From NCBI RefSeq assembly GCF_009914755.1, contig NC_060947.1: DNA of 64,000 nucleotides, one strand, 5' to 3'. Each line of letters opens with the position of its first letter. Within the stretch, counting starts at the first letter, position 1. The translations under genes and the position numbers were made by a program. This stretch comes from the human T2T-CHM13v2.0 reference genome, Homo sapiens. Shown one piece after another: positions 1-14,456 of this stretch. The notes beneath the pieces were generated by a model, which saw only the letters and a program-made list of their open reading frames with translations, was not told the origin of the DNA and did no database searches.

Positions 1-600
1 CTGGGGCCATATGATGGTAAGTCTGGACCAGAGCTAGAAGTTGGGAGTCATCGACTGATGGATTGCACTTGATGCCTGCATTACTCAGCTTAGAAGAGTG
101 AGTGGGAAAAGCAGAGGGTTCACAAGATCATCTGAAGAGCTCTGACCTTGAGAGGTTGTGCAGAAGCAAAGAAGGTGACATTAGACACCTAAAAGAGTGC
201 CCAAGGACTTAGGAGGAAAATGGCAGGAGGGTGCAAGTGTTTGGAGACAGCATGCTAAATACTGCCAGGACATGAAGTAAGGTCAAGAATGAAAAATGTC
301 CCCTGCATTTGTCAACTCAAATACCTCTTTGGTATCACAGCAAGAGCAATCTTGATGGCATGTTGGGGGCATACCCTACACCACGATGGAAGAAATGTTC
401 CTAGGAAATGAGTAAACGGAGGTGGCAGTGGTACGACTACTGAGAAGTTTGGTTCTGAAGGTGAGTAGAGAGATACGGTGGTGCCTTAAGAGGAAAGTGG
501 GGCCCTGGGAGGCTTTTATTTTTCACATGGGGGATATTGAAGCCTGTTAGTGGCGGAGAGTATGAAGGAGAAAGGGAGAGGTTGATGATGCTGGAGAGGG
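1..600. mobile_element. Degraded L2-like LINE fragment
   Basis: Purine-rich, old L2-like phrases (gttgggagtcatc..., aaggtcaagaatgaaaaatgtcccctgcatttg, gagaagtttgg). Confidence 0.5.
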
Positions 601-3287
601 TCTATACATGGTGGAAAGAGCTCCCAGAAAAGGTAAGATGTGTTGGGCTACAAAGTCAACACACATTTCGGGCTTTGAGAGAGGGAGAGACATTTTCTCC
701 ATTTTGTAAAAGGGAAAAAGGGGAAGTTGGATATATTGACCGTGAGAAGGTGATGGACTCCCCATTAGATGTGTTTCATTTCCTCCATGGTGTGGAAGAT
801 GAGGTAATATGCTGACTCTGAAAAGAATGGAGGCACCATGATAGATAAGGAGAAGAGAGGAAGAACAAAACCGTTATCCCAGTGGGGAAAGTGAAAGATG
901 AATTTACTAGGAAGCACTGGTTACTGGCTCTTTTTAAGTGTTAAAATTAATTTAATAGAATTTGAAAACTAAGATTTTTGCAAAATGTGGATATAATAAA
1001 AATATAACCTATAAATTATTTTATAAAGCCTTAACCCTCAAATTATTAACAAACCCCTAAAGTGATTCTATCATCTGAGGTAGAAAGACAAATACTATCA
1101 TTACTTATCTTTTAAAAAGGTTACTACCAAATGCTCTATTAGTTATTAATAGTATTTTTCCTGGAATGGTAGTGGAATTTGTATATTCATTTTCTATTAA
1201 TGGCAATAGTAAAGCAATGTTCTCTAATGAGTTCAGAAACTTGCTCACCAACACTACCGTTCTATGTACAGAATGTTTCATAAAATTTCATATCAGAAAT
1301 AAAACTTTTGATTGGGATATTTTCTGGTTTCTCTTCCAAACTCCCATCCCTCATTTCTTCCATTTTCATCAACCTACCTAACCAAACCTAACCCAGGCAG
1401 CCATGACACCAGCAGGCATTGTTGCCATCCTAGGCTTCTTCACTCCACAACCTTCCAGGCTCCCACCTGTCCGGCTCCCACTACCATCGTCCTAGTTCTC
1501 TGCTTGCGGTTGCAGACTATTTAAGTGTGGTAGGATGCTATAAAAACATGGTACTGTTTTCACTAATTGTCAAAATACATAATCTCAGCTAGTCTCTTGC
1601 ATTTTCTCTGGTAGACCCCCGCTTTTTCATAGCTGTTCCAAACTTAGATGATTTGCCTTTTATTCTGAAAGACAACAGACCTGCTCATGTTTCTCTTCTC
1701 TGTTCCCAAATCCCTTTGTCATAGCCAGCTTCTCTCTCTTCCTAAGATTATGCTTCTCTCGAAGAGTTCTGTCTCAGTCCTCCATCAGTGTTTTTGATCT
1801 GCCCTATGCCAACTTTCACCAGAAACTCGCTCAACAAATGGACTGCCTGGGTATTCTCTTCCTGTCTTCCATTCTCTGGCCCTTCTTTATTTGCTGACAA
1901 ATATGCCCCATTCTTCTTTTTTTCCCATCATCCTACTGTCCACAACCCAAACTAATTTCTATTCACACACCTAACTTTCAATTTTACAGCCCTCTCTCCA
2001 TGTTTTTAATATCACACAACTTGGGAAAAGTTAGTTTATAAAATACAGCAATGTTGTCTGTATAATCTGTCACTAATTACACACTTAAAAATAAATTTGT
2101 ATTCCCATCACCATAGAAACCACCATCTTAGCTTTGCTTCTCAAAACTTAATGCGCATACAAATCACATGGGATTGTAGTTAAAAATGTGGTTTTTGTTT
2201 AGTAGCTGGGAGATGGAGCCTGAGAGTCTTCATGTCTGATAAGCTCCCAAGGGATGCCCCAGGATTGGTTCACAGACCAGAATTTGAAATGCAAAGAGCC
2301 AGTGGATCATCACCCAAAGTCTTGTTATTTTTTTTTTTACAGGCTGTCATTTGAAGATTAAACCTAAAATAGTGTCTATCTATTTTTATCTTTTCCCTCT
2401 TTAAGTCATTGCTACTTGTCTTCCAAGTGCGTCTCTCCATACAATCCATTCTCTTCAGTCATCTCTGCGGTGTCACATCCAATAGATTTTTCTTCATCAT
2501 CTCATTGGCTGCCTCTGCTGAATTCAACACAGACTACTCATACAATGAAACGGTACAACTGTGGCTTCTATGGAGGAAGAGATTCCCCTTATAGCATTAC
2601 TGGGTAACATTTATGTTGTGCTTTCGAAAAAACCAAGTCATAAAAAGGTTTAAATATTTACCTCTTTCCATGTTGCTTGAGCCACAGGCCAACAAACTGA
2701 ACACATGATTTAAAACCGAACTGTCAGGATATCCAGCCCCTATGCCCACAGCAGGTCAGGGATGATACATGACTTAATCATGCCCAATCAGAATTCTCTC
2801 TTACACTTTCTTTCGGGCCTATTAAAAAAAAACAAAAACAAAAGAAAGCTTATACTCTGTGGCTGTTAAAATATGATAGAATGTGAGTTTTGCTCTGAGA
2901 ACAGCCATCTCACCCACCATCTGTAGATCTGTTGTGAAAACAGATGGCATTTGAATGCCTTCATTTCAGCTGCTATGCCCAGGTGGCCAGGAGATAGCCC
3001 TAGACTGTACAGCTATATGTACTTGTAAATTCCTTTCTCTTTCTTTGATCTCTCTGTGGCTTGTGGTAATTTGTGTTGGGCTTCCTTCACATGCAACAAA
3101 AAGTTTTGACAATAATCCCTCATAAATAATCTCTTATCTATAGATTTTTATGAGAAAAAAATAGCTGAGAAAATGACACGTCTACAATAGATAGAAAAAT
3201 TTGGATATAAACAATCTTAGTAACTGTTTTTAAGTTTTATAAATTACCAATTTAACAATTGGGAAAATAATAAGTTAGCTATGTTTT

Positions 3288-3597
3288 TATGGGGTTTTCT
3301 TCTGTTTGTTTGAGACAGGATCTCATTCTATCATAAAGGCTGGAGTGCAGGGGTGCAATCATAGCTCACTGCAGCCTAGAACTCCTTGGCTCAAGCAGTC
3401 CACCCACCTTAGACTCCTGAGTAGCTAGGACTACAGGTGCACGTCACCACACTCAGCTAATTTAAAAAAAAACATATTTTTTGTAAAAATAGGATTTCAC
3501 TATGTTGCTCAGGCTGGTCTGAAACTCCTGGCCCCAAGCAATCCTCCTGCTTTGGCTGAGTCACTAGGATTATAAGCCTGAGTCACCAGGCCTGGCC
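3288..3597 (-). mobile_element. AluJ-type SINE
   Basis: Diverged antisense Alu; TSD agctatgtttt at both ends. Confidence 0.9.
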
Positions 3598-3776
3598 AGC
3601 TATGTTTTCAATGTCTAAAATGTTACTTAGTACCCTACATATATATTAAGAATTAACACATTGGAAAAATTCAGCATTGTATTGCTCTTCCTGGAATATT
3701 TTCAAATGGCTAAAATAAACGAAAGTAAAAATGAAAATAAAAAGAAAAAGATATTTCTCTTTACTCTGTTTTCCTA

Positions 3777-4252
<476 letters not shown>

Positions 4253-4329
4253 TTAGAAAAATAGGCAAAAGACAGTGAGAAAAAATTCACTGAAGAATTT
4301 AAGAAAGTGAATATTAAGAAATTACATAT

Positions 4330-4695
4330 ACAGCATGGAATACTATATAGCCATTAAAAAGAAGGAAATTATGTTCATTGCAGCAATATGGATGCAGCTG
4401 GAGGCCATTATCCTAAGTGAATTAACACAGGAATAGAAAACCAAATACTGCATTTTCTCACTTACAAGTGGGAGCTAAATACTGGGTACTCATTGACATA
4501 AAGATGGGGACAGTAGACACTGGGGATTACTAGAAGGGGGAGGGAGGAGAGGGGAAAGGGTTGAAAAACTGTTGGGTACTATGCTCAGCACCTAGGTTCT
4601 GGGATCACTTGTACCACAAACCTCAGTATCACACAATATACCCAGGTAAAAACCTGTACATGTACCCCCAGAATCTAAAATAAAAGTTCAAAAAA
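4330..4695 (+). mobile_element. L1 3' end (L1PB/L1MA-like)
   Basis: catggaatactatatagccattaaaaagaa...ctggaggccattatcctaagtgaa...acatgtacccccagaatctaaaataaaag. Confidence 0.85.
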
Positions 4696-4765
4696 ATTTT
4701 TTAAATAGATTTAAAAAATAGTTAATCTTTTTTGGCTATTACTGAGCATTTATTCTGCCAATTGA

Positions 4766-5070
<305 letters not shown>

Positions 5071-5508
5071 TGGCAGATGAACTTTAACATCTACTTGTCA
5101 CATTTTGAAAACCAAGGTTCTGAGTGCGATTGCCATTTGTAAAATTTGTGGTTTAATATATGGGTACTCAACACCAATATACAACGTAATTTTCCCATTC
5201 AGCAACATAATATGCCTAGTATCACATAAGCAGATTTAATGTGCAGAGTTTTTGAATGTATCTTGCACATTTTCTGTGTGTTGCCATTTTTTTTTGCTAT
5301 TGTGATTTCATTTTTCTACTTTTAAAATTTCTGGTGATATAAAGTATTATTAATTTCAATATATTCTTATAGACATTTGAGTGAATTCTTTAACTTCTCA
5401 TATTACTTTTTCAGTTGATTATACTGAAATATTTAGGCATTCAGTTACTTATTTATTCCACAATTATTGAGGATGTGCATGATACTAGAGACAATTTACA
5501 AATATAAT

Positions 5509-6012
5509 TGTTAGGTTTTGAAGGGAAGGTGAGGGTTAAAAAAAGACACACACACAGAAAGAGGGTGGCTCAACAGCAAATGCAGGCTTTGTGTCCAGCA
5601 TAAAACCTAAAGAAGTGGGGGACCAGCTTAATGCCAGAGCCCACCGCTGCTTACAGGCTGGGGGTACTTGGGTTTGGGCAGTATGGCTTGCTGCCTGGCG
5701 GGATGTTGATAAGATGTTCCCACGATAAGGTGGTTCTGGTCCTTGTTCTGGCGGGATGTCATCATGGTGTTCCTTGGATCTTTGCCCAGCAAGATATGAT
5801 AGGGACGTTTCTTTAGTTGGGGCTTTGTCTGCCTTGTGATCAGGTGGTTAGGCAGGATGTTTCTCACGGCCCGAACCCCCGTGAAATGTTTCACTTTGAC
5901 CAAGGTCAGCACAATAGCGGGGAGCTTACATAAAGGTGCAGTTTGGACTCACATTCTTTCAAGGTTTGCAAAATAGCGGGGAGCTTACAAAATGATGCAG
6001 TTTGGACCAACA
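5509..6012. mobile_element. Solo ERV LTR (ERVL/LTR18-like)
   Basis: TGTTAG...CCAACA termini; 5-bp flanks ataat/gtaat; internal ~59-bp tandem unit (aatagcggggagcttac x2). Family name tentative. Confidence 0.7.
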
Positions 6013-6608
6013 GTAATGATTCCAGTATCTTTTTTTTCATTTTATTGGTTTTTCTTTTTCTTTGTTGCTGCATTTTCCAAGTCTTGCAGAACAGTGTGTG
6101 GAATAGCAGAGATGTCAGGCACACAAGCCTTATCCCTGATTTAATGGGAATGCTCCCATGCTTCATGACCCAGAATGAGGCTTGCCATTTGATTGTGAGT
6201 TTTTAAATGGTATTTTACTGAAACTTCTTTTTTATTCTTGAGTATAGCTATTTTATTAATCTATCATGCCCAGTGAAAGAAGAGCATTTTCAAAAGGATG
6301 GTCTGCTTTGACTGAATAAAGCCAGAAAAGGGCAGTGTTGTGTCTACAAAAGAACTGTATGGGGATGATGCCAATCTCTCTGATACAGCACCTGGAGCAT
6401 TACACACAACCCTCACAACAACATCAAAAAAGACTTTTAAAATTTATTATTATTTTTATTATTATCTATGATTTTACATTATTTGTGCCAAAAGCATATT
6501 AAACTAATCCAAAAGGAAAAGCTAAAGATCAGTCCCAATAGCACTAGCACCATCAGACAAAACAAAACTACTGTGAGCTAATATCTCTAACAACGTCTTC
6601 AAAACAGC

Positions 6609-6920
6609 AGCTGGGCCATCATGGCACAATCCTGTAATCCCAGTACTTCGGGAGGCCAAGGTGGGACGACCCCTTGAATCCCTCCAGGAGTTCAAGGCCA
6701 ACCTGGGAAACAGCAACACCCCATCTCTACGTTAATTAGCTGGCTGTAGTGGCATGCACCTATAATCCCAGCTACTCAGAAGGCTGAGGCAGGAGAATCG
6801 CTTGAGCTCAGGAGTTCAAGGTTACAGTGAGTTATGCATTCACTGCATAGTGTCACTGCACTCCAGCCTCAGTGATAGAGCAAGACCCTATTTCTAAAAC
6901 TTAAAAAAAAATAAGAAAAA
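6609..6920 (+). mobile_element. AluJ-type SINE
   Basis: Diverged Alu dimer with A-rich tail. Confidence 0.85.
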
Positions 6921-9089
6921 AGGCAGCTGATTATGATTGAGCAGGCATCATTCGTATCAAAGTCATTGAAGATGTGCATTACAATAGCAAAAATACAATA
7001 ACTTCCCAGCAAACGGCAATAAACCTCTTGAGGAAATAAAGTCATTTTTTGAATTAATGCAAGGATACTATTGGGAGTGAGGATGGCACTGATCCTGCTA
7101 TGCTTTTTGTGGGGCCATCTTCCCCCTTAGTCTATAGCACCATAGACTATTTTATTCTATTTATTTTTGTAATTTAATAAAATCCCCATTTTTAACCTTG
7201 TTTATTGACTCATTTACTTGTTACTGCTTTCTCACCCAGTAAAACAAATATTCCCTTAAGTCAGGAACCTGCTTTATTTGTTTTCATCTACATATCAAGT
7301 ATGTAGCACAAATTCTGGCACATAGTAAATTCTCAATAAATATTTATGGAATAGACCAGAAAGCAATGATTAAATACCTTCTTTCTGACCCTTCTAATCC
7401 ATAGAAGTACTTTGCAAATCACTGATATTTTGAAATGTACATTAAAACTACATTGGTACCCTCTCAATCTTCCCAGTTATAGACAATAATTTAATTACAC
7501 CATTTAAGATGACATGCAGGCTAACCAGTAAATTGTAGCCACTAAGTAAATGTGATAGATCAATATAGAACATGAATTGTAGAAAGATCTTTAAGCAAAG
7601 TATTTTACAATGTTGATTGCATATTCTAACTCCATATGCATTCTTTTTTTAACAGTAAGTTAATTATTTCACTGACAGAGATAGTGAAGGTATTGTAAAA
7701 CACAATTAAAAATATATTATATACTGTTGTTATATAAAATAACAACAAATGAAAATGAAATCAATTGCACTTTTTCATGCTAGTGGCCTGGTGTACTAAA
7801 TTGTTCAAGGACAATCTAGCCAACTGATTTTATGTTTATTGTTGCAAGGTGACAATGACCTATGTTAGATATAAAGTATTTGCATACTTACAGGTATATT
7901 TACTTTATCTTAATGTCCACAATGTGGCTAAAAAATAAGAATACTTTTTGGTTTATATAATTAATTGATTAAAGAATTTCATCATGGAATGACTATCACC
8001 ATTTAAGTAGCTTTATATAGATGAAATACATAAACTAAGGAATTTTTATCCATAGCACCCATAGAAAATAATCATGCTTTTGAGCAGAAATAATTTCTGA
8101 GATATTCTGTAGCCATAAAGTTAAATAAAACATATCTAAGACTTAAGAGGAGAAAGAATAGGAAATTATTTTAAATAAAGTAGTAATTATTTTTGGATGC
8201 CATATTTTTTGTAAAGTCTTTTAAACACAAGTTGAGAATTTCAGTGTCTGTGTTGTTCTAAGTTTGCATTAGAATGTTTTCAAACTGCAGATTGTGATCC
8301 ATTAGTGATTGTGAAATTATTTAAGTGTAGCATGACAATTTTTACAAATCAAAATGGAATAAAAACCTCAAAAAATATTACACATAATAAAAGTGTTTCA
8401 TAAAAATTATTTTTATTTATATGAGTAAATAGTTTTACTCAAATTTATATTTGCATATGTACACCTATATGCATATGGAAATATATGTGTAAAATATGTG
8501 CATATATGTATTGGATTACCTTATAAAACAGGTCATATTCAAGAAAGATTGGAAGTCATTGAAGAAAATGTTGTACCAAACATTAGAATACATAGGTGGC
8601 TATAATATGCAACCAAAATGTATTCAGTTCTTAGTGTGTGAGGAGGATTTTGCAAAGACTGTCAGCTAAAAACAACTTCATGGTGAAATGTAAGGAATGA
8701 TAATGTGATAAGCCATTTGATCTCCTTCAGCTCCTCCTCTCAGTTTCTGAGTGTTAAGGATGTTGTATTTGAAGGCGGACACTCCTACTCTTTCACCCCA
8801 CACGTAAGTTCTAGTTAAGCACCAGGTTCCTAGTTGGGAGACAGATGACAACCTCTCCTGTTTTAAAGACACATGTCAAAGCTGCATATTTGTAAATGAC
8901 AACCTAATCAAAGCCCCTTTATGTTTCCTAACTTTCAATGCTTACTTTAGGAGGAAAGACCTAGGTACCCTAAAACAAGCACAACTGTGCTGCCCTACAC
9001 AGGAATTTTTTAACATAAGAAATTAATAAAGAAATAATTGTTAAGTTCTCATCTGCTTTTTCACCAGTTGTTGGGCAGGTATTTATATA

Positions 9090-9578
9090 CAGTTCATCTT
9101 TGAACAATATGGGGGTTAGGGGTGCTGACTTCCCTGTCCACCACTCCTGTGGTCAAAAATTCACATGTAATTTTTGACTCTCCCAAAATGTAACTACTAA
9201 GAGCTTACTACTGACTGGAAGCTTTACCAATAACATAAACAGTCAATTAAGACATACCTTGTATGTTATATGAATTATACACTGTATTCTCACAATCAAG
9301 TAAGCTAAAGAAAATATTAAGAAAATCATAAGGAAGATAAAATATACTCACTGTTTACTTAGCGAAAGTGGATCATAAGGGTTTTTGTCCTCGTCTTCAC
9401 ATTGACTGGGCTGAGGAGGTGGAGGAAGAGGAGGGGTTGGTCTTGCTGTCTCAGGGGTGGCAGAGGCAGAAGACGTAGAGGAAGTGGAAGGGGAGGCAGG
9501 CACACTTGGTGTAATTTTTACTGAAAAAATCCACATGGACCCTCATAGTTCAAACCCATTTTCTCCAAGGGTCAAGTG
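9090..9578. mobile_element. Tigger2a-like TcMar DNA transposon MITE
   Basis: TA-flanked; TIR remnants cagttcatctttgaacaa / tctccaagggtcaagtg. Confidence 0.8.
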
Positions 9579-11899
9579 TACATTGACTCTAAGTGGGGTC
9601 CTTTAGCAGCAAGTAATAGACCCTGGCTGTGTTAAGTCACACAGAGCAGGTACTGGAAGGATATGATATGAACAGTTCCTACTATTGGCAGCTGGTAGGA
9701 GAACAGGCTTCTAAAACTCAGCTACTTGGCATCAGGTTGGCCATCCTAGGTCACTGTGGCTGCCACTGTTTCTGAGGTGACATTGACTTTCCTCAATCAT
9801 TCTCTATTCCAGGTGGCTTCCTTTTCAGGCACAGGTCAGGTGATCAGAGTCCATTTTCCAGTGACATGACTCAAACCTTAGGTCCTCAGGGATGTGTACC
9901 CTTGCTTCTGCCATATAAGGTTGCAATGGCTTCCCACTAACTATTCCACTAGTGCTGGTTGTAGACTGGATAACCGGAGGGGTTACCCCAATTTCATGCT
10001 CATTCCTCCCTATCCCCATCATATGGCAGCAAATCCATCTCCCCTTGACAAGTACAATAAGATCATCCATTACCATGATTCTGTTCAGCCAGTAGGAGGA
10101 GGAACCAGAAATGGCAAAATAGAACAGATCATTTCCCTCACTGGGAGTGATTGGCGCTAGTAACCCCCTTGGATTTGAAATTGTCAAGAGATAGTTCTGA
10201 CTGAGGTTGATCAGTAGAGCTAAATTGCCTAGTTCCATGACCTTGCCAGGAACCAAGTTTTGGGGTTGATGTGTCCACAGTGTCAATAAGCCCAGTGATC
10301 ACCCCTTCGACCATTTTACCTTCTTCCTGGAGTAACTTCAGGATTTGAACATGTGTCATCCTGAGCCTTTCCTCCAGGGGGTCCTCTTGTGAGTGGTGGG
10401 TGTCCAGGTGAGTGGTGGGTGAGGGGTAATAGTGAAGTCCCTGTCTTGGCTAGCAACAGACACCAGCACATCTCGCTGTCGGACAAAAGGAGAAGCAGCC
10501 ACCGTAAATCTTCCTCAAGCTTCCTGGCCCTTTCACATTGCTTGTGTGGCCTGAATTATCTCACATGATTGTTTTCTTAGTTGCTCAGGTGAGCTCCGTG
10601 AAGGGAGGGATCCACAAAAGTGCCCAGTAGACTTTTGCACGGCCCAAGTCCAATCTTGCAAGGGACAGTTTATGAATCAGGGACCCACCTGCAGGGCCAT
10701 GAGCTTGGCCATAGCTGGAAGGTCATGTTGCAAAGCCATTGAGCCCATCAAGGGAGGGCTGATATTCTTGGACTGGCTGGAACTGTGGGGCTTTCCAAGA
10801 GTAGAGTACGCATATGCACTTTACTAGGTCTGTCCACAAAAGTGAATCTGACTATATAAAGGTTAAAGAGCACTTATAAACTCAGTGAAATCGGGCATTA
10901 CATAAATGCTGCTTCATCTCGGCACAGTTAAAATGCAGCTGCTGTGACATGTTTTAGGTATGTGTATATGTACATACATATATATGTGCAAGTATGTTTG
11001 TTCATATTCATGTTTTTCACAAATTATCTTATTTCAAGATTAAGTTGGATGTGATATTATGACTTGTACATGACTGTGTACTCAGACATGCATTCTAAAG
11101 TATGAATAAAGTTAAATCATATTTCTCCCCTCTAAGTCAGTCAAAATGGGGAAATTATACTGAGTTAGGGGATATGTGTGAGGAAAAATAAACATGTGTG
11201 TTAGCATTAAGTAAGCAGAGCTTTGAGTTGTGCAGTTAGAAAAAAATTGAAGTGCAGAACTAAGCAAATAAATGGTGAATTCTGCCCAAAGAAACTGTCA
11301 ATTTGCAAATCAGAATCATGATAGCTGTCTAAAAATCTGTCCACTTTACATGAACTGCAATAACTGCCTTCCTTCCTACTTTATTTAGATAATTACTTCA
11401 ACTTCTGATTTTATTTTGCTATCACGTAGACAAAATTTAGGCAAGAAAAATCCCCAAACACTGATCTTCCATAGTTAGGCTCCTCAATTGTAAAAGTAAT
11501 AGACTGGATCCAAAAACTTTCTACGACTAATATTTATAAACATGTTTTTATGTAATTGTATTTATCTTTTTTAATCCTCCAAAAAATTAAAAGCATAATC
11601 ACTAATATCTGTGTATTTTGAGTGCTCATGCTTGTTTAGAATCAAAATTCAATGCCCAGAGTGGTGAGACTGTATCTTTGCAAGCTTCTAGTATACACAC
11701 CCTGCACCTGATATTAAGAACCCAGAATTAACAGTTTTTTTTTCTTTCTTACTTTTTAATATATGGCTTGTTCCTTTAGAGCACTATTGAACTTCAAAAC
11801 CAAACCTATTTTCTCTAATTGTCAATGGAATCACTGGGTTACCATAGTTACATAGTAAAGTGTCTTATTGAAAAGAAGAAAAGGAAGACTAATGACATT

Positions 11900-11905
11900 T
11901 TTAAT
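11900..11905 (-). terminator. Candidate distal poly(A) signal ATTAAA
   Basis: Plus-strand tttaat; minus-strand downstream sequence is T-rich (CTTCCTTTTCTTCTTTTC). Confidence 0.45.
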
Positions 11906-12317
11906 GACAGATTCAAATATATAAGGAAATTGCCCCCACAGGGAATTGGGAATTTATCAAGCTGCCAATCACAGTAATTACCCTGCAAACATATCAGTAT
12001 CTGGGTCAGAAACTCCTTTCAGATTTTCTATATGCCAGTTCTACAATGCCTCAAAATTTTGATCCCACAAGTGAGGCAGATCCTGTTGTGAATGCCTGTT
12101 TTCAATTAGTATGGCTGCATGAGCACACACTCCAGCAAAGGTAAGCAGAGCATGCTTGGTAGCATGCTCACAGGAGAATTTGGTGCACCAGCCCCGGAGA
12201 GCGCCTAGTGTGCACCAAGTATGTGTTTCATTACACCGCTGTATTCCCCTCATGTAGGAAAGTTGCTGCAGACTGATACGTCAATGATCTTACAGTATTT
12301 TTAAAGAAAAGTACCAA

Positions 12318-12425
12318 CACCTGGGTGATAAATTAATCTTTACAACAAACCCCCGTGACACAAGTTTACCTATAACAAACCTGTACACGTACCCCTGAAC
12401 TTAAAATAAAAGTTAAAAAGAAAAG
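12318..12425 (+). mobile_element. Short L1 3'-end fragment in PNPLA4 3' UTR region
   Basis: acctgggtgataaattaatc...acaaacccccgtgacacaagtttacctat...cccctgaacttaaaataaaagtt; flanked by aagaaaagtacca direct repeats. Confidence 0.85.
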
Positions 12426-12549
12426 TACCATCCTCCCACAGGGTCAAATACATATGTAGTCGATACAAGATACTTCAAAAAAGTCTTATACAATGAGATT
12501 TGGTTTTGCAGCTTAAATTTCTTCAATTTAAGGGTACATCAACAAGGAA

Positions 12550-12555
12550 TTTATT
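12550..12555 (-). terminator. Candidate poly(A) signal AATAAA
   Basis: Plus-strand tttatt; followed on the minus strand by TTCCTTGTTGATGT and, further on, a T/GT-rich tract. Confidence 0.6.
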
Positions 12556-13262
12556 GAAATACAGTGTATCATACAAATAGAATATTCACATGAAATGATC
12601 AAAGGAAGGGGTAAGGAGAAAAGTATTAAAACTGAAAATTTACCTAGTGAATAAGTGGACATAACAATTGAGAATCTATCCACTTCATGTCACTTATGGA
12701 AACAACACATTAAGATTAAACTACATGTTTGCTAGAGTAGGAGAAAGTATATACCACAGGGACCATCATTACTCTAGAGTGGGTCTATGCATAACTCCTC
12801 AAAAAGAGGCCATCGTTGGTGTTTATGTGCTAAAAGTTGTGTATTTTGGCTTCTGAGAACCATAAAATTGACTCAAAGAATAGTTTCAAAGAGTAAAAGA
12901 AGAAATGCGTGACAATTGAAGACATGGAATTAAATTGGTTTGTCTCTAACTGCCTCTTAGTAATCAAGAGTTCCTGCTTGGCAAAACCTCATAAAAACAG
13001 ATTTAGGATTTAAGACAGTGTCAGTAAATTAGTACAAGCCCATACACAAGTCCTCAAAGTGATGGACAACTACTCAGAAAGTAAAAAACCTGGGATCAGT
13101 ACAACGTGATTTAAAAATGAGAAGTGAATGATTATTCTGGATTTAATTCTTATTTACTAGGCTACTTGGTTCTTTGTGTTTAGTAGTATTTTATCTATTT
13201 AAGTTCCCATAATAGATGTATCCAGTATATAGAACAATAGCTAAATACTCAGAGAGGTATGG

Positions 13263-13264
<2 letters not shown>

Positions 13265-13319
<55 letters not shown>
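13265..13319. repeat. (AG)27 microsatellite
   Basis: Perfect dinucleotide run. Confidence 0.98.
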
Positions 13320-13324
<5 letters not shown>

Positions 13325-13472
13325 TGACAGCCAGCTTGATAATCTCCTAAACTGGGGTGGGGTTTAGGGGAGGAAGATGAGAGGGGATAAGCCTCTTCAA
13401 AATCTCCTAGGCTTCTGGATATCTGCCCCTAACTGCACTGGGAGCAACTGCACACACCTGTGGAAAGCAAAC

Positions 13473-13833
13473 TGTTATGGTTTGGCTGTGTCCCCACCCA
13501 AATCTCATCTTGAAGTGTATGTAGCTCCCACAATTGCCACACGTTGTGGGAGGGACCCAGTGGGAGGTAACTGAATCATGGAGGCAGGTCTTTCCCATGC
13601 TATTCTCATGATAGTGAACGAGTCTCAAGAGATCCGATGGTTTTATAAAGGGGAGTTTCCCTGCACAAGTTTTCTTCTCTTGTCTGCTGCCATGTGAGAC
13701 ATGCCTTTCACCTTCCACCACAATTGTGAGGCCTCCTCAGTCATGTGGAACTGTGAGCCCATTAAACCTTTCTTTTGTAAATTGCCCAGTCTTGGGTATG
13801 TCTTTCTCAGCAGTGTGAAAATGGACTAATACA
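13473..13833 (+). mobile_element. THE1-type MaLR solo LTR
   Basis: tgttatggtttggctgtgtccccacccaaatctc...ggactaataca; TSD caaac/caaac. Confidence 0.92.
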
Positions 13834-14324
13834 CAAACCTTTGTTCCTCCAGTCCTGATCAAAGGTCTTTAACCATGAGTTGCCTATTTCTCAAATCCTT
13901 CCTCTCCTACCTAGTTCCTTCAGTTCCAGAGCTACAGGGACACAGCTAAGTCACGGAAACACCCATGCTTCACGTCAAGATCATGCCACATATTCTCCAT
14001 GGAACCTAAGTGGTGGCCCTCCATTTTCCATGTTCCTCAATTTACCCAAAGAACCTATCCTCCTCCATTTTTTAAAGGACACAACAGTTCACCAAAAATG
14101 ATTCCTTATCACCTAAGTGTATCCTTCTTAATGACGTTGTCAAATTCTAATAAAGTGCCTCTTATATCCATGTGCTAAGTAATAATTCAAATATTAAAAA
14201 TAAACACAAATATTACAAGGAGTAATACAATTGAGTCATGATAGATTTTCTAAAAAGGATTTGATTAGAAACTTCCATCAAAAACTATCTAAAACGTGTT
14301 TTGCATTATAAACTTTTATGCATT

Positions 14325-14456
14325 TTATTCAAACCAATTTTCTTTAAGTAAAAACTTAACAGTGTCATCAAAACCACACTGATACAAAGATTCCATTTTC
14401 CTCTTGCTTGGGGGAAAAAGGGCTTGGTTGAGTCTCACCAGGTTTGCCAGGGACAA
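14325..14456 (-). CDS. PNPLA4: PNPLA4 last coding exon (132 nt incl. TAA)
   Basis: ttttattctAG|TTG; LSLANLVRLNQALFPPSKRKMESLYQCGFDDTVKFLLKENWFE*. Exon sum 180+95+136+66+153+132=762 nt = 253 aa + stop. Confidence 0.97.
   Translation of the reverse strand: MSLANLVRLNQALFPPSKRKMESLYQCGFDDTVKFLLKENWFE

Larger units (their letters stand above)
11880..14324 (-). other. PNPLA4: PNPLA4 3' UTR (longest plausible form)
   Basis: Follows the stop codon; minus-strand poly(A) hexamers AATAAA at 12550-12555 and ATTAAA at 11900-11905. Exact ends are inferred. Confidence 0.6.
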
